From contig CAZJTZ010000012.1 of NCBI GenBank assembly GCA_964549105.1, positions 29,850 through 93,849 of the forward strand: a stretch of DNA of 64,000 nucleotides, given 5' to 3'. Under the pieces are notes generated by a model. That model made no database searches. It saw only the letters and a program-made list of their open reading frames with translations, and was not told the DNA's origin. Position 1 is the first letter of the stretch. Each line of letters starts with the position of its first letter. This document shows positions 59,562 through 64,000 of this stretch, piece by piece. This stretch comes from an uncultured Nitrospirales bacterium (GTDB lineage: Bacteria > Hydrogenedentota > Hydrogenedentia > Hydrogenedentales > Hydrogenedentaceae). A program made the position numbers and the translations under genes.

Positions 59562-60635
59562 TTATGGGGTAGATTGATGTTTGGGACTATCCCTCAAATT
59601 TTCTTGTCGGACTATTACTTCTCCCATTGCTTGTTTTTCACAATAGGGACCATCTATATAAATAGACTTAAACATCTTTGATGACTCTATCTCTTCTGTA
59701 AAAAAGAATTTGTGAAACTCTTCTAAAGATTTTAAGGAAAATTGGGGAATTAAACCTTCACGAGCCAAAAAAGCAGGCAATCTATAACTTGACCAGGTAA
59801 GCACAAAATTTGTAGGGCATTCAGGTAAGTAATTTTGAAAACACATCTCTGTCCATGTATCTGGAGAAACTTCCACCGGAATACAAATAGGTGATATATC
59901 CTTATCGGAGGGTATAAAATATAAATATATTTGAGAGGTTGACGAAAATTTATTACCTGCATGGATAAACCAATAGCAGTTATCCTCACTGGAAAGAGGA
60001 AAGGTTTGTATTGAAAAACTCGCCTCAGGGATTTCGGTGGCAAAAGTTTGGTTTCCCTTATCCAGAACGGGCACAGGGACTTTCACCTGGAAAAAACGAT
60101 TTTGTATAAGTTCATTTTTCCATCTGATTGAACCCATTACAGAGATATAAGCGAAAATCAAAATAGGTAAAAACCAATATACGAAGGACCATCGTGAACC
60201 CGGTTTTCCGTAAGTTGCAGTAAAAAGGGTTACTAATTTAAAAAGGAAATGAGTTGCAAAAAATAAACATAAGAAGATGAAAGGGACAAGTCGTGGCGGA
60301 ATATGGGGTAGTTGTTGTGGAAAATATCCAGAAATACCCCCTATAAGAATCAGACATGGGAGAAAAGAAAACATATCTACAACAGAAGTCCATATCAAGG
60401 GTGCAGCAAACAAAAATTGGATTAAGGCACGGAATAATAATTGAGCAAGACAAAAAACAGACATGACTGTAAAATTTGCCCAAAATGTTTTCCCCGTTTC
60501 CACAGGCAAAAAGCCCGATATATAAATAATCGGTTCAACATACGCGGCAAAAATATAGGAAGCCAGCAATACAACTGCAAGATGAATTATTTGAATTAAT
60601 ATACAAACAAAATTAGGACGCATTTTAGAAACCAA
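59562..60635 (-). CDS. Hypothetical polytopic membrane protein
   Basis: 357 aa with 7-8 hydrophobic helices. No recognised motif. Confidence 0.5.
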   Translation of the reverse strand: MVSKMRPNFVCILIQIIHLAVVLLASYIFAAYVEPIIYISGFLPVETGKTFWANFTVMSVFCLAQLLFRALIQFLFAAPLIWTSVVDMFSFLPCLILIGGISGYFPQQLPHIPPRLVPFIFLCLFFATHFLFKLVTLFTATYGKPGSRWSFVYWFLPILIFAYISVMGSIRWKNELIQNRFFQVKVPVPVLDKGNQTFATEIPEASFSIQTFPLSSEDNCYWFIHAGNKFSSTSQIYLYFIPSDKDISPICIPVEVSPDTWTEMCFQNYLPECPTNFVLTWSSYRLPAFLAREGLIPQFSLKSLEEFHKFFFTEEIESSKMFKSIYIDGPYCEKQAMGEVIVRQENLRDSPKHQSTP

Positions 60636-60691
60636 AATACCAGAATTAAATTCTAATTAGATGTTAAAGGAAATTCTCTAACATATTTTTC

Positions 60692-60718
60692 TTGACATTT
60701 ATGTTAAAATGTTATAAA
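60692..60718 (+). promoter_or_regulatory. Near-consensus sigma70 promoter with extended -10 (TTGACA-15 nt-TGtTATAAA)
   Basis: TTGACA at 60692-60697 and TG-n-TATAAA at 60710-60718. It lies about 100 bp upstream of the recombinase-fragment ORF. Confidence 0.4.
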
Positions 60719-60816
60719 CTATATGTATAAGATTACAAATTTGAGGAGAAATTTTGGGCATAAAGAGAATAAATACTTGTCATAAATATTAAATAAGATA
60801 GAAATAGGGTGTCTAT

Positions 60817-61305
60817 ATGAGTAAATTACGCAAAGAGGAAATTAAGCACAAAGAATTTGCAAAAGAGGAATCAAGTAAAGATTTACTAACTCATGGGGAA
60901 CGAGTACGGCGTGGACAGATTGCCTCTGTTCAACAAGGTAGATACGGAACAGGTCCAGCACCATACGGTTACCGTCGGGGTGAACCGGGGGAAAAACCCC
61001 TAATGGTTGATGATTATGAATCCGAAATCGTGCGAATGATTTTCCGTGAATATATTCGGTTACGCAGTACGGGCAGGGTTGTTGACTATCTTCACTCCAA
61101 AGGGATATATACAAGACAAAGTAAAAAATGGTCTCGGCAGGCTATATCCATTATTCTCTCCAATCGCACTTATAGGGGTCGGGTCTGCTTCGGAGGAATT
61201 GAAACCGAAGGACTTCATGAACCAATTATCGAGCCTGCTATGTTTTATAAAGCAAACGCAATTCGTCAGAGCAGAAGCAAAAGAAGAAATAACGATTCAC
61301 AATAG
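60817..61305 (+). pseudogene. Remnant of a large serine recombinase (recombinase domain only; catalytic resolvase domain absent)
   Basis: Contains the G-x-AP-YGY block followed by IVRMIFREYI...VVDYLHSKGIYTRQSKKWSRQAISIILSNRTYRG, which matches the 'recombinase' domain (PF07508-like) of large serine recombinases. There is no N-terminal catalytic Ser domain and no C-terminal zinc-ribbon or coiled-coil. Confidence 0.5.
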
Positions 61306-61340
61306 AAAGAGATTTACAGGGATATCTGCCTAAAGAGAGG

Positions 61341-61886
61341 CTAACCATCTAATCGTTCAGGGGGGCGTAATTCGTTTTCGTCATTTGATTCTGTTTCTTC
61401 ATTATTTTCAAGAAACTCTTCGTCATTATGAGGTGTTGTCGCCGCCATTTTTTGTAAATCGGCATGGGGAATATCCGGGTCATAAGGTTCTTCTAAACCA
61501 CCCTCATTCGTTTCAGTTGCTTCTGTACTTGTTTCATCTTCTTCCAATGATGATGTATTCTCTTCTTCCTTCTTTTCGTAGTCTGTCTGGTAAGAATGTT
61601 CCACAGAATTTGTTGATGGTGTATAACCTTTGGAAGTGTAGGACGGGTCCGTTTCCTTCAACATGTCACGGTATACCTCATTCCCCTTTCGAGTTATTTC
61701 ATTAATTTCCTTTTCTATCGGCTTTATTTCTTTAGAGATTTCTGTCTTAACTTCGTCAAAATAGCCTCGTATATCACGAACGGCTCGTATAGCAATCTTG
61801 GCAAATTCTGGGAACTTTTCCGGTCCCAAAACGACAAGAGCAATCCCAGCAATGATTATCATTTCGGTAAAACCAACACCTACCAT
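61341..61886 (-). CDS. tatA: Sec-independent protein translocase TatA/TatB family protein with a long acidic C-terminal tail
   Basis: The N-terminus MVGVGFTEMIIIAGIALVVLGPEKFPEFAKIAIRAVRDIR shows the conserved transmembrane helix, the hinge Gly-Pro-E/KKxP, and the amphipathic helix. The 181-aa length and acidic tail are TatB-like. Confidence 0.8.
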   Translation of the reverse strand: MVGVGFTEMIIIAGIALVVLGPEKFPEFAKIAIRAVRDIRGYFDEVKTEISKEIKPIEKEINEITRKGNEVYRDMLKETDPSYTSKGYTPSTNSVEHSYQTDYEKKEEENTSSLEEDETSTEATETNEGGLEEPYDPDIPHADLQKMAATTPHNDEEFLENNEETESNDENELRPPERLDG

Positions 61887-61901
61887 CGGGAATACTCCTT
61901 T

Positions 61902-62747
61902 TTATTGAGCCGTTTGCTGTTTTCGTCTAACCAGATATGAAACCCAGACACTAACCTCATACAAAACAACCAGAGGCGCTAACATAATTATCATAGATAT
62001 AGGGTCAGGTGGTGTCAAAACCGCCGATATAATACTCAAACCTACAATCACATATTTTCGAACATGTCTCAAGGTCTCAGGACTCAACAAACCAAGATAT
62101 ACTAACGCCAATATCACCATTGGGAACTGGAACGCCAATGCAAATCCGAAAAGTAACAATACGATAATAGAAATCGTTTCGTTTGCCCGCAACTGTATTT
62201 CCCAGCCTGTAGGTATCCATTGAAGCAGATAAGGAATTACAAGAGGAATTACACCAAAATAGGCTACAATTATACCCACAATCCCTAAAGCACTACAGCC
62301 AAATAAAATTATCTTTATCAATTTCCTCTCATTGGGTTTTAGCCCCGGAAAGATAAAGGCACACGCCTGCCATATTATATAAGGTAACGCTAATATTAAT
62401 CCTCCGTAGCCAGCCACCTTGAATTTAAGTATAACTATTTCAAATGGATTTAACACGACCCAGGGAATAGAGGTCTTTTTGGGGGTTGGCTTTTCTTTTG
62501 GGTCTGCCCCAGGTGTTGCAGGGTTGTCAGAAGTGTCGTCGGTTGACTCATTGCTTGAAAAAACAATAATACCCAAATCTTGCAAAAGCGTAAGAGGTTT
62601 TTGTAAACCCACCAAGATTTGATTGGAAAAAATATAACAGATAACCATTGCAACAAGAACGGCTGCCCCAGCACGAATAATCCGAACTCTCAATTCTGCA
62701 AGGTGCTCCGTAAAAGTCATTCGCTTATCGTCTTCCCACACGGGCAA
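61902..62747 (-). CDS. tatC: Sec-independent protein translocase TatC, with a ~30-aa hydrophilic insertion
   Basis: The N-terminus MTFTEHLAELRVRIIRAGAAVLVAMVI matches TatC. Six hydrophobic helices. An inserted ESTDDTSDNPATPGADPKEKPTPKKT stretch sits between TM2 and TM3. Located immediately downstream of the tatA/B gene. Confidence 0.85.
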   Translation of the reverse strand: MPVWEDDKRMTFTEHLAELRVRIIRAGAAVLVAMVICYIFSNQILVGLQKPLTLLQDLGIIVFSSNESTDDTSDNPATPGADPKEKPTPKKTSIPWVVLNPFEIVILKFKVAGYGGLILALPYIIWQACAFIFPGLKPNERKLIKIILFGCSALGIVGIIVAYFGVIPLVIPYLLQWIPTGWEIQLRANETISIIVLLLFGFALAFQFPMVILALVYLGLLSPETLRHVRKYVIVGLSIISAVLTPPDPISMIIMLAPLVVLYEVSVWVSYLVRRKQQTAQ

Positions 62748-62958
62748 ACCATCCTTTCCTGTTTACAATTATAATAATGCAAAACAGTTATTGTTTTATT
62801 ATTAATGTACAGTTGTTATACAAAGATGACAAAAACAAAATCACCACCCTTTATTTTACCAAAAAGGAAACCTCTTTAACATTCTGCTTATAAAAGGAAA
62901 ACAGGTTGGCAAATTTATAGAATGGATTAAAAAAAACATAATATTTAATGAAGATTTA

Positions 62959-63549
62959 CTATGGAGAGGTACCTGTAAGACTTTTAAGCGAGTTTACCCA
63001 TAGAGTAGCAATTCCAAATGGGTCTACAAAGTAGACTATCACAAGTCCAACAATAACTGCGGCTATTATCAAGAAGGTTTTTTGATTGTCAGATAAACCC
63101 TTACCCGTAGACATCAGTCCCCCTTCGCCAACCGACATCACATTTATCTTTTCCCCTGCTTCTGCACGCGCCTTCTTATCCTCAAGTAAGCCCAATGTCT
63201 CATTAATGCTAATAAAAGCACGATGCCATTCCTGTTGCATTTTCTTGACAGAAACTTCCGACTGACTATAAATGGCTTCCAGACTCGTTGCTGCGGATAC
63301 AATATTCATCAAATTAGAGTCTATTTGATAATCTTCCATTAACATCTCTTTTAGAACTTTGTGGGTCCGGGCAATTTTGCTCTTTATCTTCAAAAATTGG
63401 TTTTCCAATTGTGCCTTATTCGCTCCCGGACTGGGGTAGGCATTAATAATCTGATTAAATAAAAGCCAATCATTTAAAAACTCTCTACAAAGTTCAACTC
63501 TTTTATTAAGTATGTCTACAATCTTTTGTTGTTTCTTACTCAACGCCAT
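62959..63549 (-). CDS. Hypothetical protein with a C-terminal transmembrane anchor (196 aa)
   Basis: ORF with a helical N-terminal region and a C-terminal hydrophobic helix (TFLIIAAVIVGLVIVYFV). No recognised family. Confidence 0.45.
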   Translation of the reverse strand: MALSKKQQKIVDILNKRVELCREFLNDWLLFNQIINAYPSPGANKAQLENQFLKIKSKIARTHKVLKEMLMEDYQIDSNLMNIVSAATSLEAIYSQSEVSVKKMQQEWHRAFISINETLGLLEDKKARAEAGEKINVMSVGEGGLMSTGKGLSDNQKTFLIIAAVIVGLVIVYFVDPFGIATLWVNSLKSLTGTSP

Positions 63550-64000
63550 AAGTAAGCCCTTTATATTCGGTTTTTCTTTATTGTAATTACTTTACCAAAT
63601 ATAATAAAGTAATTTAAAATTTTCAATTATTATACAACTGCTATTTTTCTCGGCAATATAAAACAATATATTGTATCATGCTTTTGTATCTGTCTAATCA
63701 AATTCAAGATATTTTCGAACAGAACTGATTAAGTATATCATATATTAAAAACTACCACCTGCTAAAAATTAAGGGAAAGATTGCGAACCAAGCGAGAAAT
63801 CTCACAACATCTAACCACTTTATTGGTTTTACAATAAAGTCTCCCGAGGAAAATACACTGGATATTGAAAGAATATGTGTTTCGATAAATCTGCAACGAA
63901 AAGTAGTTTCTGGGATACTTATTCTCCCAAAGGAAAATAAGAGGGAACTTTTCTATTACAAATAAGATTTTTTTAACTGTTTCTTTGGGAGAGGACGGTT

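Noticed and set aside
1-64000. Genome-wide UGA recoding (Trp/Gly codes) as an explanation for the in-frame TGA in lgt
   Set aside because: Many very long ORFs (1514, 1278, 1208, 1146, 1054, 1015 aa) are bounded by and free of in-frame TGA. TGA therefore functions as a stop here, and the lgt TGA is a local event.
1-64000. CRISPR arrays, rRNA and tRNA genes
   Set aside because: No regularly spaced direct repeats were seen. No intergenic stretch shows tRNA hallmarks (GTTCGAATC-like T-loop with an acceptor stem) or rRNA-like conserved blocks. The intergenic regions are AT-rich promoter-like DNA, except for the 23.9-24.07 kb island.

Overview
This 64-kb window looks like bacterial chromosome that is AT-rich by eye and densely coding, mostly on the minus strand. 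Many encoded proteins carry signal or twin-arginine (RRxF) leaders, and N-terminal prepilin-type motifs are common. That suggests a Planctomycetes/Verrucomicrobia/Lentisphaerae-like or candidate-phylum organism, but this is an inference.

Most of the content is core metabolism and maintenance:
- menF-menD (menaquinone biosynthesis)
- metF, an oligogalacturonide-lyase-like gene, and metH
- cimA-type synthase and an apgM-type mutase
- addB-addA (helicase/nuclease) with a co-transcribed zinc-ribbon gene
- tatA/B and tatC
- UDP-xylose synthase with YhcH, inositol-monophosphatase-family and SIS-domain genes
- an SDR oxidoreductase, a TAT-exported Gfo/Idh/MocA oxidoreductase, an SSS transporter, a TIM-barrel isomerase and a ceramidase-like hydrolase

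The less ordinary loci are:
1. A minus-strand operon at 27854-37166: small ORF, leucine-rich-repeat (LRR) lipoprotein, then two tandem paralogous giant lipoproteins (1278 and 1514 aa) with a VWA/MIDAS domain and many Ig-like modules. A sigma70-like promoter and a duplicated TTGACA-containing 15-mer lie upstream.
2. An orphan four-gene prepilin-type pseudopilin operon (9751-13139) with a perfect 14-bp palindrome upstream.
3. An lgt gene (22935-23777) interrupted by one in-frame TGA inside a conserved motif. It is followed 7 nt later by a ribosome-binding site and an in-frame ATG.
4. A ~22-bp near-identical direct repeat (TAC-CCT-TCCGATAAACGATT) in two intergenic regions, bracketing the 441-aa gene and the lgt locus.
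5. A GC-rich, stem-rich intergenic island at ~23880-24075 that may be a small RNA.
6. A gene pair: a degenerate J-domain protein (HPD changed to HST) and a 364-aa unknown.
7. A large-serine-recombinase remnant lacking the catalytic domain (60817-61305) with a near-consensus promoter.
8. A partial DNA-methyltransferase-like gene running off the left edge.

No rRNA, tRNA or CRISPR array was recognised. Product calls rest on recalled family motifs in the translated ORFs; no database searches were run.
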